Source: an uncultured Bifidobacterium sp. (GTDB taxonomy: Bacteria > Actinomycetota > Actinomycetes > Nanopelagicales > Nanopelagicaceae). Taken from it: 64,000 bases of DNA. This document shows, piece by piece, positions 1-10,099 of this stretch (positions are counted from its first letter, which is position 1; every line of letters starts with the position of its first letter). The stretch covers positions 15,678-79,677 of the forward strand of contig CAZWBQ010000005.1 in NCBI GenBank assembly GCA_964632545.1. The letters are read 5' to 3'. The translations under genes were made by a program, and so were the position numbers. Under the pieces are notes generated by a model that was not told the DNA's origin, did no database searches, and saw only the letters and a list, made by a program, of their open reading frames with translations.

Positions 1-1
1 T

Positions 2-469
2 TCAGCCGTTATAGCACCGATTGATTTCCATGCCCGATTTTCCGCAATACGCCGCCATTACATATATAAAATTGCCGATGGGCTACAGACAATCCCACCG
101 TTAGCGCGCTTTGACACCACCTCTTGGTATCGCGAATTAGATTTAAACCGATTAAAAGTAGCTAGTGCATTTTTAATAGGTAAGCATGACTTTGCAACGT
201 TCTGCAAACCCGATGCTGGCGCAACCACCATAAGAACTTTAGAAACCTTTAATTGGGAGCGGGGCAGCGATGGGTTTCTAAGAGCGGATGTCATCGGTGA
301 TGCATTCTGTTATTCAATGGTTCGCAACATGGTTGGTGCAGTCGCCTGCGTTGCAGAAGGTCGATTTGAACCAGAATGGATTAAATCTATACTTGAAGAT
401 AAAACTCGAATCAGCGATAGTTTAGTTTTTCCAGCGCGCGGCTTAACGTTGCAGAGCATTGCGTATTAA
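2..469 (+). CDS. truA: tRNA pseudouridine(38-40) synthase TruA, C-terminal part (5' end outside window)
   Basis: Frame-2 open reading frame from the window edge to TAA at 467-469. The translation (..GKHDFATFCKP..GDAFCYSMVRNMVGA..FPARGLTLQSI) looks like the TruA C-terminal half. It is absent from the ORF track because no start codon lies in the window. Confidence 0.8.
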   Translation, partial: SAVIAPIDFHARFSAIRRHYIYKIADGLQTIPPLARFDTTSWYRELDLNRLKVASAFLIGKHDFATFCKPDAGATTIRTLETFNWERGSDGFLRADVIGDAFCYSMVRNMVGAVACVAEGRFEPEWIKSILEDKTRISDSLVFPARGLTLQSIAY

Positions 470-474
470 TAAAA

Positions 475-2091
475 ATGGGACATATAGATGTAATTGGCAT
501 CGAGTATTCACTTTCAGATGGGCGAGTGCTATTAAATGATGTTTCATTTCGAGTTGGCGAAGGCGCTAAAGTCGCGCTAATTGGTCCTAATGGATCTGGT
601 AAAACCACTTTAGTAAGAATGATCTCTGGAGATCTTGAACCAGAGAGTGGAAAAGTTGCAATCTCTGGTGGCTTAGGTGTGATGCGCCAATTTATCGGTA
701 CGGTTCGTGATGGTTCAACCGTTAGAGATTTATTAATTTCAGTCTCTCAAGAAAAAATTCGAATTGCAGCGAAAAAATTAACTGATGCAGAGCGCGCAAT
801 GAACCTGGCTATGGAGTCTGGATCAGATGGCGAAAAAGAACAGATGGCATTCGCGCAAGCGCTCTCCGATTGGGGTGATATTGGTGGATATGACGCTGAA
901 GTTATGTGGGATCAATGTTGCACTGCAGCACTAGGAAAGCCATTCGATGAAGTCGCGGACCGGGAAGCTGCCACACTTTCAGGTGGCGAGCAGAAAAAAG
1001 TGGTTTTACAAGTATTACTTCGTGGCCCGGAAGAGGTACTACTTCTTGATGAACCTGATAACTATTTAGATGTGCCTTCAAAACGTTGGCTGGAAAATGA
1101 ATTAATTTCTTCAAAGAAGACGGTCTTATTTGTAAGTCACGATCGAGAACTTCTAAATGCAGTATCAAATAAAATAGTTACCTTAGAACAAGGTGCGCTA
1201 GGAAATACCACTTGGATGCATGGTGGGAATTTTGAAACTTGGCATGGCGCTCGAAAAGCTAGAAATGCGCGGTTTGCCGAGCTATTACTACGTTGGGAAC
1301 AAGAGCGGGATCGATTGAAAGATTTAGTTAGAACTTTACAAGTTCAAGCTGCAAGTTCACCTGATATGGCCTCTAAATATCGCGCTATGCAAACTCGTTT
1401 TAGAAAATTCGAGGAGGTTGGACCACCACCTGCGCCACCGCTTGAACAAGATGTCAGAGTTGGACTTAGAGGTGGCCGAACTGGCGAGCGGGTAGTTACT
1501 TGTGAAAATCTAGCTTTAGATAATCTGACGGAGCCATTTACATTTGAAGTATTTTTTGGTGACCGCGTTGCCGTGTTGGGTAAAAATGGAACTGGAAAAT
1601 CTCATTTCTTACGGTTACTTTCTGGCGAAAATACCGTTAAGCATTCTGGGTCATTCAAATTAGGAGCGCGAGTAAAGCCAGGATTTTTCGCACAGACGCA
1701 TTCACATCCAGAATTTGTTGGGAAAACTCTCTTAGAAATTTTATGGAATGAACATTCACTGCAACTCGGCGCCGCAAAAAGCGTCTTAGGACGATATGAA
1801 TTAAGTTCGCAAGCAGAACAGAAATTCACAACACTCTCCGGTGGCCAACAAGCTCGGTTTCAAGTGCTCTTATTAGAGCTGCAAGGCTCAACACTTTTAT
1901 TGCTCGATGAGCCAACCGATAATTTAGATTTAGCTAGCGCCGAAGCGTTAGAAGGTGCCCTCGAAAGTTATGAAGGAACCGTCTTTGCAGTTACTCATGA
2001 TCGATGGTTCTCTCGCGGTTTCACCAGATATCTGATATTCGGGGCAAATGGCCAAGTCTTAGAGAGCCCTACGCCTGTCTGGGAGCACTGA
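475..2091 (+). CDS. ABC-F family ATPase (two ABC cassettes, no membrane domain)
   Basis: Two Walker A motifs (GPNGSGKTT, GKNGTGKSH), two signature motifs (LSGGEQKK, LSGGQQAR) and two Walker B motifs (LLLDEP). A charged linker lies between the cassettes and there are no TM segments. Confidence 0.85.
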   Translation: MGHIDVIGIEYSLSDGRVLLNDVSFRVGEGAKVALIGPNGSGKTTLVRMISGDLEPESGKVAISGGLGVMRQFIGTVRDGSTVRDLLISVSQEKIRIAAKKLTDAERAMNLAMESGSDGEKEQMAFAQALSDWGDIGGYDAEVMWDQCCTAALGKPFDEVADREAATLSGGEQKKVVLQVLLRGPEEVLLLDEPDNYLDVPSKRWLENELISSKKTVLFVSHDRELLNAVSNKIVTLEQGALGNTTWMHGGNFETWHGARKARNARFAELLLRWEQERDRLKDLVRTLQVQAASSPDMASKYRAMQTRFRKFEEVGPPPAPPLEQDVRVGLRGGRTGERVVTCENLALDNLTEPFTFEVFFGDRVAVLGKNGTGKSHFLRLLSGENTVKHSGSFKLGARVKPGFFAQTHSHPEFVGKTLLEILWNEHSLQLGAAKSVLGRYELSSQAEQKFTTLSGGQQARFQVLLLELQGSTLLLLDEPTDNLDLASAEALEGALESYEGTVFAVTHDRWFSRGFTRYLIFGANGQVLESPTPVWEH

Positions 2092-2102
2092 TTTAAGCCA
2101 TT

Positions 2103-2132
2103 TTGACCCATCGCACGCTGGGCAGGTAATCT
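2103..2132 (+). promoter_or_regulatory. candidate promoter for rplM-rpsI (TTGACC-N18-TAATCT)
   Basis: TTGACC at 2103-2108 and a TAnnnT-type -10 (TAATCT) at 2127-2132. This would leave a leader of about 75 nt before the GTG at 2215. Confidence 0.3.
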
Positions 2133-2214
2133 ACGGCTCCTGGCTTTACCCTCGTAAGGTCGATTATCTAGTTCATTAGATAGTAATAAATAGATTAGAG
2201 AGCGAGTTACTGCT

Positions 2215-2667
2215 GTGCGTACTTATAGTCCTAAGCCTGGCGATGAGGCGCGCAAGTGGCATGTCATTGATGCAACTGATGTTGTTCTCGGTCGACTAGC
2301 AAGCCACGCGGCTGTGCTCCTTCGTGGAAAACATAAACCAACTTTTGCACCACATATGGATATGGGCGATTTCGTAATCGTTATCAATGCAGACAAAATT
2401 GTACTTACTGGACAAAAAGCAGCACAAAAGTTTGCACATCATCACTCTGGTTTCCCAGGCGGCATGACCTCGACTGCATATGTTGATTTAATGGTGAAGC
2501 ACCCAACTCGTGCAGTAGAAAAAGCCATCAAAGGAATGTTGCCAAAGAACTCACTTGGCAAAGTTGCTGGCAACAAACTTAAAGTTTATGCCGGTTCAGC
2601 ACACCCACACGTAAACCAGAATCCAACACCATACGTATTCAAACAAGTTTCTCAAATTATTAAATAA
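2215..2667 (+). CDS. rplM: 50S ribosomal protein L13
   Basis: GTG start. [32 protein letters not shown] is typical L13. It sits in the conserved rplM-rpsI pair. Confidence 0.97.
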   Translation: MRTYSPKPGDEARKWHVIDATDVVLGRLASHAAVLLRGKHKPTFAPHMDMGDFVIVINADKIVLTGQKAAQKFAHHHSGFPGGMTSTAYVDLMVKHPTRAVEKAIKGMLPKNSLGKVAGNKLKVYAGSAHPHVNQNPTPYVFKQVSQIIK

Positions 2668-2709
2668 CCCAAATATATTTAACCGATAACAAATAGAAAA
2701 AGAGAGAAA

Positions 2710-3192
2710 ATGTCAGATCGCGAACACGCAGTAGATAACGACGAAATCCCAACGTCGTACAGCACCAGCACTCCTGCTGCTGCAACTAATCGCCCTGCAA
2801 TCACTGCACCTGGCGGTGGCACCGGTCGTCGTAAAGAGGCTGTTGCACGTGTTCGTTTAATTCCTGGCACAGGCCGTTGGGTTGTTAATGACCGCACTCT
2901 TGATGTCTATTTCCCAAACAAAGTTCACCAACAATTAGTTTCAGAACCGCTTCGCACCGTTGGCGTAGAAGGTAAGTACGACATCATCGCCCGTATTGAT
3001 GGCGGCGGAATTTCTGGCCAAGCTGGCGCACTTCGTCTTGGCGTTGCTCGAGCCCTTAACTTTATTGATACTGATGCACACCGCCCAGCACTTAAAAAAG
3101 CTGGATTCCTATCTCGTGACGCACGAGTTATTGAACGCAAGAAGTACGGTCTGAAGAAAGCCCGTAAGCGTTCCCAATACAGCAAGCGTTAA
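2710..3192 (+). CDS. rpsI: 30S ribosomal protein S9
   Basis: [15 protein letters not shown]...N and a C-terminal KKARK..QYSKR are the S9 signature. It has the extended N-terminus typical of actinobacteria. Confidence 0.97.
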   Translation: MSDREHAVDNDEIPTSYSTSTPAAATNRPAITAPGGGTGRRKEAVARVRLIPGTGRWVVNDRTLDVYFPNKVHQQLVSEPLRTVGVEGKYDIIARIDGGGISGQAGALRLGVARALNFIDTDAHRPALKKAGFLSRDARVIERKKYGLKKARKRSQYSKR

Positions 3193-3211
3193 TTTATATC
3201 GCTCTCGCATC

Positions 3212-4555
3212 ATGACGCTCTTCGGAACAGATGGCGTCAGAGGCGTTGCTAATAAAGATCTAACTGCTGAACTTGCCGTTGATTTAGCTATTGCTGCTGC
3301 CCATGTTTTGGCGCAAGTTGGCGCATTTGCTGGTCATAAACCAAAAGCCATTGTTGGCCAAGATTCCCGTGCATCAGGTGAATTTCTAGAAGCTGCCGTA
3401 TGTGCTGGTTTAGCTAGCGCTGGCGTTGATGTTTATCGGGTAGGAGTTTTACCAACTCCAGCAATTGCACATTTAGTTGCAGCAGATGGCGCAGATCTTG
3501 GCGTCATGATTAGCGCATCGCATAATCCCATGCCAGATAACGGTATTAAATTCTTTGCGCGAGGTGGTGGCAAACTTGATGATTCACTTGAAGCTGCAAT
3601 AGAAGCGCATCTAGGCGAACCATGGGATCGCCCAACTGGTGCAAATGTGGGTCGGATAATTATCGATGAAAGTGCAAGTGAACGGTATCTAACGCATTTA
3701 CTTGCATCCATAAAAACGAAGTTAACTGGAATTAAAGTTGTAGTTGATTGTGCAAACGGCGCTTCTTCAATCGTAGCTCCTGAAGCATACCGTCGTGCCG
3801 GCGCTGAAGTAATTGCTATTTCAAATACGCCAAACGGCTTAAACATAAACGAAAATTGCGGGTCAACTCATTTAGATAATATAAAAGCAAAAGTAAAAGC
3901 GGTGCAGGCCGATATTGGAATTGCGCATGATGGCGATGCTGATCGAGTGCTCGCAATTGATAGTGAAGGTAATGAAATTGATGGCGACTTTATTCTGGCA
4001 ATTTTGGCTGATGCCCAAATGCGAAACGGCGGCTTAATTAGTAAAACTGTGGTTGGTACCGTGATGACAAATTTAGGATTCATTCGAGCAATGGAGCGCA
4101 AAGGCATCAAAGTTGCGACCACCCCAGTTGGTGATCGATATGTATTAGAAAAAATGATTGCAGAGAACCACGCGCTCGGTGGCGAACAATCTGGACACAT
4201 AATTATGCGCGACTTTGCAAATACTGGCGATGGTGCGCTAACTGCACTCCATTTGATGCAAGAAATGGCATCAAGTAAGAAACCATTGAATGAGTTATCT
4301 GAAATTATGGATCGCTATCCGCAAGTATTGATAAATGTTGCTGGCGTAGCTAAAGCGAAAGTGAATTCAAATACTGCAATTAGCGCGGCAGTTAAAGCTG
4401 CTGAAACAAAACTAGGTAATTCAGGTCGAGTTCTGCTTCGCGCATCCGGTACTGAGCCGTTAATTCGCGTAATGGTAGAAGCTGAATCGGCAACAGTTGC
4501 GCAAGAGTTAGCGACTTCACTAGCTGCACTAGTAAAATCTGAACTCTCGCTTTAA
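3212..4555 (+). CDS. glmM: phosphoglucosamine mutase
   Basis: LFGTDGVRG start, phosphoserine loop SASHNPMPDNGIKFF and Mg site DGDADR. The position after rpsI matches other actinobacteria. Confidence 0.95.
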   Translation: MTLFGTDGVRGVANKDLTAELAVDLAIAAAHVLAQVGAFAGHKPKAIVGQDSRASGEFLEAAVCAGLASAGVDVYRVGVLPTPAIAHLVAADGADLGVMISASHNPMPDNGIKFFARGGGKLDDSLEAAIEAHLGEPWDRPTGANVGRIIIDESASERYLTHLLASIKTKLTGIKVVVDCANGASSIVAPEAYRRAGAEVIAISNTPNGLNINENCGSTHLDNIKAKVKAVQADIGIAHDGDADRVLAIDSEGNEIDGDFILAILADAQMRNGGLISKTVVGTVMTNLGFIRAMERKGIKVATTPVGDRYVLEKMIAENHALGGEQSGHIIMRDFANTGDGALTALHLMQEMASSKKPLNELSEIMDRYPQVLINVAGVAKAKVNSNTAISAAVKAAETKLGNSGRVLLRASGTEPLIRVMVEAESATVAQELATSLAALVKSELSL

Positions 4556-4578
4556 AACTTATTTAAGGGGTACCTCAT

Positions 4579-6417
4579 ATGTGCGGCATCGTCGGATATA
4601 CCGGCGAAAAAGCCGCGCTCACTCCAGTATTAGAAGGGCTACGCCGATTGGAATATCGCGGATATGACTCCGCTGGTGTTGCGCTAACTACAGGTAAAGG
4701 CGAAAAATTATTTGTTGAAAAGAAAGCGGGCAAGCTCGCTAATTTAGAAGCTGAATTGAAACATTCTCACGATAATTCACATAGTGGCATTGGCCATACC
4801 CGTTGGGCAACTCATGGCGGACCCACCGATACAAATGCGCATCCCCATCTTTCCAATGATGGAAAGTTAGCGGTAATTCATAATGGAATTATCGAAAATT
4901 ATTTGGAATTGCGAACAGAGTTAGAAAAACGCGGCCATAAATTCACTTCTGAAACCGATACAGAATCTGTTGCACATTTGCTTAGCGATGCCGTAACAAA
5001 TAATGGTGGCGACCTCGCTGCTGCCATGCGTGCAGTCTGCAAAGAACTTCGCGGGTCATTCACGTTATTGGCGATACATTCGGAGACGCCAGAGCGAATT
5101 GTGGGAGCTCGTCGAAACTCGCCGCTGGTTGTAGGTGTGGGAAACGGTGAAAATTTCTTAGCTTCGGATGTCTCTGCATTTATTTCTTACACAAAGAGCG
5201 CGCTAGAACTTGGTCAAGATGAAGTTGTCGATGTAACGCCAAGCGCGGTGATAGTTACTAATCTAGCTGGCAAAGTTATAACTCCCAGAGCATATGAAAT
5301 TACTTGGGATGCCAGCGCAGCCGAGCGTGGTGGCTACCCACATTTCATGTTAAAAGAAATCTTTGAACAGCCCAAATCGATTGCCGATACTTTATTAGGT
5401 CGCTTTACTGGAAATTCCCACATCGCAATCAGCGAGCTCGATAACTTTCCAGAACTATTAACGGCAGAACGAATTCTAATTTTGGCTTGTGGAACGGCAT
5501 ATCACGCTGGATTAATCGGTAAATATGCAATTGAAACTTGGGCGAAAATACCAGTTGATGTTGAGCTAGCTTCCGAGTTTAGATATCGCGATCCAGTACT
5601 AACTAAGAAAACTGTTGTGATAACAATTTCTCAATCAGGTGAAACGATGGATACTTTGATGGCAGCGCGTCACGCTAAATCACTCGGCGCAAAAGTGATA
5701 TCAATTTGCAATACAAACGGTTCGACTATTCCACGGGAATCAGATGCAGTTATTTATACCCACGCAGGTCCGGAAATTGCAGTAGCTTCAACAAAAGCGC
5801 TAATCACCCAGATAATCGCAGCTGCGCTAATTGCACTTTATATAGCTGATAAGAATGGTGCACTAAAACCGAGCGAAGTTACTAATTTAATTGAAGAGCT
5901 ATTAGCGCTTCCAGCTAAAGTGGAACAAATATTAGAAACTGCGGAACCGCTTAGAGAAATGTCTCGTGGTTTTAAAGATGCAACATCAGTGCTCTTCCTC
6001 GGAAGACATGTTGGTTATCCAGCTGCGCTAGAAGGCGCTCTAAAATTAAAAGAGTTGGCATATATGCATGCCGAAGGTTTTGCTGGTGGCGAATTGAAAC
6101 ATGGTCCAATCGCCTTGATTGAATCTGGAACGCCAGTCATAGCAATAATGCCGCCAGAGAAAAGTGAATTACGCGAGAAAATGGCGAGCAATATTCAAGA
6201 AGTTCGTGCCCGTGGTGCAAATGTAATTGTGATTGCAGATTCGGAAACGACAATTCCAGATGTTCTACATGTAATTCGTATACCTACTTCTAATCAATTG
6301 TTGCAACCAATACTTTCAATTGTGCCACTTCAAATTTTTGCTTATGAAATGGCGGTTGCGCGCGGTAGCGATGTTGACCAACCACGAAACCTAGCTAAAT
6401 CTGTAACGGTTGAATAA
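4579..6417 (+). CDS. glmS: glutamine--fructose-6-phosphate aminotransferase (isomerizing)
   Basis: MCGIVGY N-terminal nucleophile, two SIS domains and a C-terminal ..PRNLAKSVTVE. Confidence 0.97.
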   Translation: MCGIVGYTGEKAALTPVLEGLRRLEYRGYDSAGVALTTGKGEKLFVEKKAGKLANLEAELKHSHDNSHSGIGHTRWATHGGPTDTNAHPHLSNDGKLAVIHNGIIENYLELRTELEKRGHKFTSETDTESVAHLLSDAVTNNGGDLAAAMRAVCKELRGSFTLLAIHSETPERIVGARRNSPLVVGVGNGENFLASDVSAFISYTKSALELGQDEVVDVTPSAVIVTNLAGKVITPRAYEITWDASAAERGGYPHFMLKEIFEQPKSIADTLLGRFTGNSHIAISELDNFPELLTAERILILACGTAYHAGLIGKYAIETWAKIPVDVELASEFRYRDPVLTKKTVVITISQSGETMDTLMAARHAKSLGAKVISICNTNGSTIPRESDAVIYTHAGPEIAVASTKALITQIIAAALIALYIADKNGALKPSEVTNLIEELLALPAKVEQILETAEPLREMSRGFKDATSVLFLGRHVGYPAALEGALKLKELAYMHAEGFAGGELKHGPIALIESGTPVIAIMPPEKSELREKMASNIQEVRARGANVIVIADSETTIPDVLHVIRIPTSNQLLQPILSIVPLQIFAYEMAVARGSDVDQPRNLAKSVTVE

Positions 6418-7092
6418 GTGAGCCCACAACTAGCTATTGATAATCGCCGCCGCCAGATGATTAAAGCGCTGGAATGGTCTGGCGTACTCATTATTGGTTT
6501 CTTAATAGTTACCCAGCAAGTAGTGATAAACGGACCATTAGTGCACTTGGACGCAATTATCGCAAATGCGCATCGTCCAAAATTTTCGGCAACAACTAAT
6601 TTTTTCTTAATGCAGATAGACAATCTTGGATTACGCGGTGTCACCGCCACTATTTTGTTGGTGTCGGCGCTTTTAATCTGTCGCCGTTTTAAATCTTGGC
6701 GGCCATTTAATCTGTCGCTGCTCTCACTTCTTGCGCTAAATCTAGTCGTTGGATTAGCAAAGTTAGGATTTGGCCGTACCAAGCCAAGATTGAATGTGGA
6801 TTTACTTTATTCCGGTGGACTTTCTTATCCAAGCGGTCATGCTGCCAATGCGTTACTTACTTGGGGACTACTTTCATACTTGATCTTTCGATATACCCAT
6901 CGCGAACCATTTGAGGGAATGCGACTTACCTGGCTAGTTGTGCTCATTACCGCTGGCGTTTGTTTAGTTTCGCTTTTCCGCAATACCCATTGGTTATCAG
7001 ATTTAATCGGCGGACTTTTTATCGGAGGTGCGCTCTTGGTCGCAGTAATTGCAGTAGATCGTTTTGTTCCATCCGAGCGCCAACCGTCCTAA
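6418..7092 (+). CDS. PAP2-family membrane phosphatase
   Basis: Multi-TM protein with PAP2 motifs KxxxxxRP (KLGFGRTKPR), PSGH (YPSGHAANA) and SRxxxxxHxxxD-like (FRNTHWLSDLIGG). Confidence 0.75.
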   Translation: MSPQLAIDNRRRQMIKALEWSGVLIIGFLIVTQQVVINGPLVHLDAIIANAHRPKFSATTNFFLMQIDNLGLRGVTATILLVSALLICRRFKSWRPFNLSLLSLLALNLVVGLAKLGFGRTKPRLNVDLLYSGGLSYPSGHAANALLTWGLLSYLIFRYTHREPFEGMRLTWLVVLITAGVCLVSLFRNTHWLSDLIGGLFIGGALLVAVIAVDRFVPSERQPS

Positions 7093-7129
7093 ACTAAACC
7101 AGTTACTGAAATAGAATTGTGGGTGAAAT

Positions 7130-7474
7130 GTGCTTGAAGGCGTAGGAATAGATGTCGTCGATATCAAACGCTTTGCTGATTCGCTAGAGCGCACACCCAA
7201 TTTAAAAGAACGGCTATTTACAACCTCTGAAGCAGCTCTGCCGATATCTTCACTTGCAGCTCGGTTCGCAGCGAAAGAAGCGCTAGCAAAAGCGTTAAGT
7301 ACAAATAAGGGTTTACCTTGGCATGATGCGGAAGTAATTAATTTAGAATCTGGAAAACCAGCATTTTTATTTCGTGGGGTTATTGCAGATTTGATTGATG
7401 GCGCGAACGTTCACTTATCGCTTTCACATGACGCCGGAATTGCCTCAGCCATAGTGATGATTGAGCGGAATTAG
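7130..7474 (+). CDS. acpS: holo-[acyl-carrier-protein] synthase
   Basis: [10 protein letters not shown], the FAAKEA.AKA motif and SLSHD; size about 114 aa. Confidence 0.85.
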   Translation: MLEGVGIDVVDIKRFADSLERTPNLKERLFTTSEAALPISSLAARFAAKEALAKALSTNKGLPWHDAEVINLESGKPAFLFRGVIADLIDGANVHLSLSHDAGIASAIVMIERN

Positions 7475-7476
7475 CT

Positions 7477-8598
7477 ATGTCTAGAGCCCAAATTGAGGTG
7501 GACCTTTCTGCAATAGCAGCAAATGTCCGTAAGGTTATTCAAGAATCTAAAGTCGATGTTTGTGCTGTTGTAAAAGCGGATGCTTATGGACATGGTTTAG
7601 TTCCCATTGCACAAGCAGCAAATGATGCTGGCGCAAAATGGTTAGGCGTTGCACTTCTTGAAGAAGCAATCAATTTGAGAACTCATGGACTTTCGATACC
7701 AATCATTGCGTGGCTAACACCCATCACTGAGGATTTTGATAGCGCACTACGCCACGATATAGATTTAGGGATTTCATCAATTGCGTTACTTGAAAAAGTA
7801 CTGGCAGCAGGAGAGCGAACTGGCATAACTCCTCGCATTCATGTTGAAGTGGATACGGGCATGACGCGTGGCGGTCTTTTAAATGAATGGCCAACATTTC
7901 TAAAGAAATTGTCCGCAGCCACGCTAAGTGAGAAAGTGGAACTTGTTGGATACTTCTCACATTTTGCAAGAGCGGATGAACCTAATGAAATTGCAAATCA
8001 ACATCAAGTTAAGAAATTTATTGAACTTTTAACAGAACTAAAAGCAACTGGGGTAACGCCAAAGTATTTACATATAGCAAATTCTGCTGCAGCCCTTTCT
8101 AACCCAAGTGCAAGTTTTGATTTTGTTAGGTTAGGAATAGCAATGTATGGACTTTCTCCTGATCTGAAAACAATGGGTACTTCAAAATCATTAGGACTTA
8201 TTCCAGCGATGACACTTCGTGCAAAATTGCATTTAGTTAAACAAGTTCCCGCTGGCGTCGCGGTCGGATATGGTGGAAGCGCAGTTACAACTTCAGAAAC
8301 AAAAGTTGGCATTGTTGCTATGGGTTATGCAGATGGCATCCCAAGAAATGCAACAAGCGCCACTGGAGTTTTTATAAATGGCGAACGCGCACCCATTATT
8401 GGTCGAGTTTCCATGGATCAATTTGTCGTTGATTTGGGCGCAAATTCGAAGGTGATCACGGGGGATGAAGTTATTGTTTTTGGCCCTGGAAATGCGGGGG
8501 AATACACAGCCGATGATTGGGCTAGCGCAAGTGAGACTATTAATTATGAGATTGTTACCCGAATCGCGGCTCGAGTGCCTAGAATCTATAACAGGTAA
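7477..8598 (+). CDS. alr: alanine racemase
   Basis: PLP lysine motif AVVKADAYGHG, plus ..GYADG.PR.. and ..VSMDQ.. motifs. Confidence 0.93.
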   Translation: MSRAQIEVDLSAIAANVRKVIQESKVDVCAVVKADAYGHGLVPIAQAANDAGAKWLGVALLEEAINLRTHGLSIPIIAWLTPITEDFDSALRHDIDLGISSIALLEKVLAAGERTGITPRIHVEVDTGMTRGGLLNEWPTFLKKLSAATLSEKVELVGYFSHFARADEPNEIANQHQVKKFIELLTELKATGVTPKYLHIANSAAALSNPSASFDFVRLGIAMYGLSPDLKTMGTSKSLGLIPAMTLRAKLHLVKQVPAGVAVGYGGSAVTTSETKVGIVAMGYADGIPRNATSATGVFINGERAPIIGRVSMDQFVVDLGANSKVITGDEVIVFGPGNAGEYTADDWASASETINYEIVTRIAARVPRIYNR

Positions 8599-8615
8599 AT
8601 TAAGAATGGAGCGTT

Positions 8616-9389
8616 GTGAGTAAGGAAGCGACCCTTCTTTCTATTGAAGCACTCTCGGTTAATTTCGGCGGATTAAAAGCGCTTTCAAATGTTTATTTGG
8701 ATTTAAATCCAGGCGAAGTGGTTGGGTTAATTGGGCCAAATGGCGCTGGGAAAACTACTGCGTTTAATGCAATCTCAGGCTTAGTGGAACCAACCTCCGG
8801 AAAAATTTCACTTGACGGTGAAGTGCAGGATTGGCCAAAACCATTCCAATTGGTTGATTTAGGAATTGCCCGAACTTTACAAGGAGTTGGGTTATTTCCA
8901 GATTTAACAGTATTAGAAAATGTAATGGTTGGTGCAAATAAATTTGCAAGGAGCGGCTTAATTCGTTCTGCATTTGGACTTTCAAATAAAGATGAAGCTA
9001 AATTGGAAGAACGCGCACAGTTAGCCCTTGAACGAGTTTATGCTGGCGAACTTTCTAATCGTCGGGCAGATACGCTTTCATATCCAGATACAAAGCGCGT
9101 TGCAATTGCTAGAGCACTTGTAAGCGAACCGCGAATTTTATTATTAGATGAACCAGCAGGCGGACTCGGTGCAGCGGATATCTCATGGTTAAACGGGGTT
9201 ATTTCTAACTTGAAATCAATTTGCTCCATAATTTTAGTAGAGCATCACATGGATGTCGTCATGTCGGTTTGCGATCGAATTTATGTGCTTAATTTCGGCG
9301 AAGTAATTTCATCTGGTTCGGTGGCGCATGTCCGAAACGATCCTGCAGTAATTGCTGCCTATCTAGGAACAAATGCAGGTGGCGCATGA
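8616..9389 (+). CDS. livG: branched-chain amino acid (HAAT family) ABC transporter ATP-binding protein, LivG type
   Basis: GTG start; GPNGAGKTT, LSYPDTKRVAIARAL, LLLDEPAGGL, and a C-terminal ..IAAYLG. Confidence 0.85.
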   Translation: MSKEATLLSIEALSVNFGGLKALSNVYLDLNPGEVVGLIGPNGAGKTTAFNAISGLVEPTSGKISLDGEVQDWPKPFQLVDLGIARTLQGVGLFPDLTVLENVMVGANKFARSGLIRSAFGLSNKDEAKLEERAQLALERVYAGELSNRRADTLSYPDTKRVAIARALVSEPRILLLDEPAGGLGAADISWLNGVISNLKSICSIILVEHHMDVVMSVCDRIYVLNFGEVISSGSVAHVRNDPAVIAAYLGTNAGGA

Positions 9390-10099
9390 GCGGTTTAATT
9401 GTGAAAAATTTAGTGGTGGATCACGGCGCAATTACTGCGATTAACGGAATTTCATTTACCGTTGAAACGGGGCAATTAGCCGCGGTTATAGGCTCAAACG
9501 GTGCTGGGAAAACTACATTATTACGGGCCCTATCTGGGTTAAAAAGTGTAACGAGTGGCAGCGCGCAATGGAACGACGAAAACATTCTAGGAAAGAAACC
9601 GGAGAATTTAGTTCGTCATGGGATATCACATGTATCTGAAGGCAAATCGGTGATTCCAGAACTCACAGTAAAAGAAAATCTTACGTTAGGTGGAATCTGG
9701 CGAAAGGATAAGAAAGATGTAACTGCAGCTACAAATGAAGTTTTAGATTTATTCCCAAGACTTAGTGAGCGATTGACCCAAAGAGCCGACACACTTTCCG
9801 GTGGCGAACGCCAGATGCTTGCGATTGGTCGTGCGTTAATTTCACGTCCAAAATTAATTTTATTAGACGAACCATCACTCGGGCTAGCACCCCTTGTCAT
9901 TGAACAAATTTTTCAAACTATCGATCAACTTCGCCACAAATTAGGACTTACAATTGTATTAGTAGAACAGAATGCTATGAGTGCGCTGCAAATTGCAGAT
10001 ATTGGCGTAATCATAAATCTTGGAAAAATAGTAGCGACTGGCACAGCTACTGAATTAATTGAAAATCCGGCGCTCCATGCAGCATATTTGGGGTACTGA
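9386..10099 (+). CDS. livF: HAAT-family ABC transporter ATP-binding protein, LivF type
   Basis: ATGA overlap with the preceding gene; GSNGAGKTT, LSGGERQMLAIGRAL, LLDEPS, and a C-terminal AAYLG. Confidence 0.85.
   Translation: MSGLIVKNLVVDHGAITAINGISFTVETGQLAAVIGSNGAGKTTLLRALSGLKSVTSGSAQWNDENILGKKPENLVRHGISHVSEGKSVIPELTVKENLTLGGIWRKDKKDVTAATNEVLDLFPRLSERLTQRADTLSGGERQMLAIGRALISRPKLILLDEPSLGLAPLVIEQIFQTIDQLRHKLGLTIVLVEQNAMSALQIADIGVIINLGKIVATGTATELIENPALHAAYLGY

Noticed and set aside
4556-4578. Possible glmS ribozyme upstream of glmS
   Set aside because: Only 23 nt separate glmM and glmS, which is far too short for the ribozyme. glmS is evidently co-transcribed with glmM.
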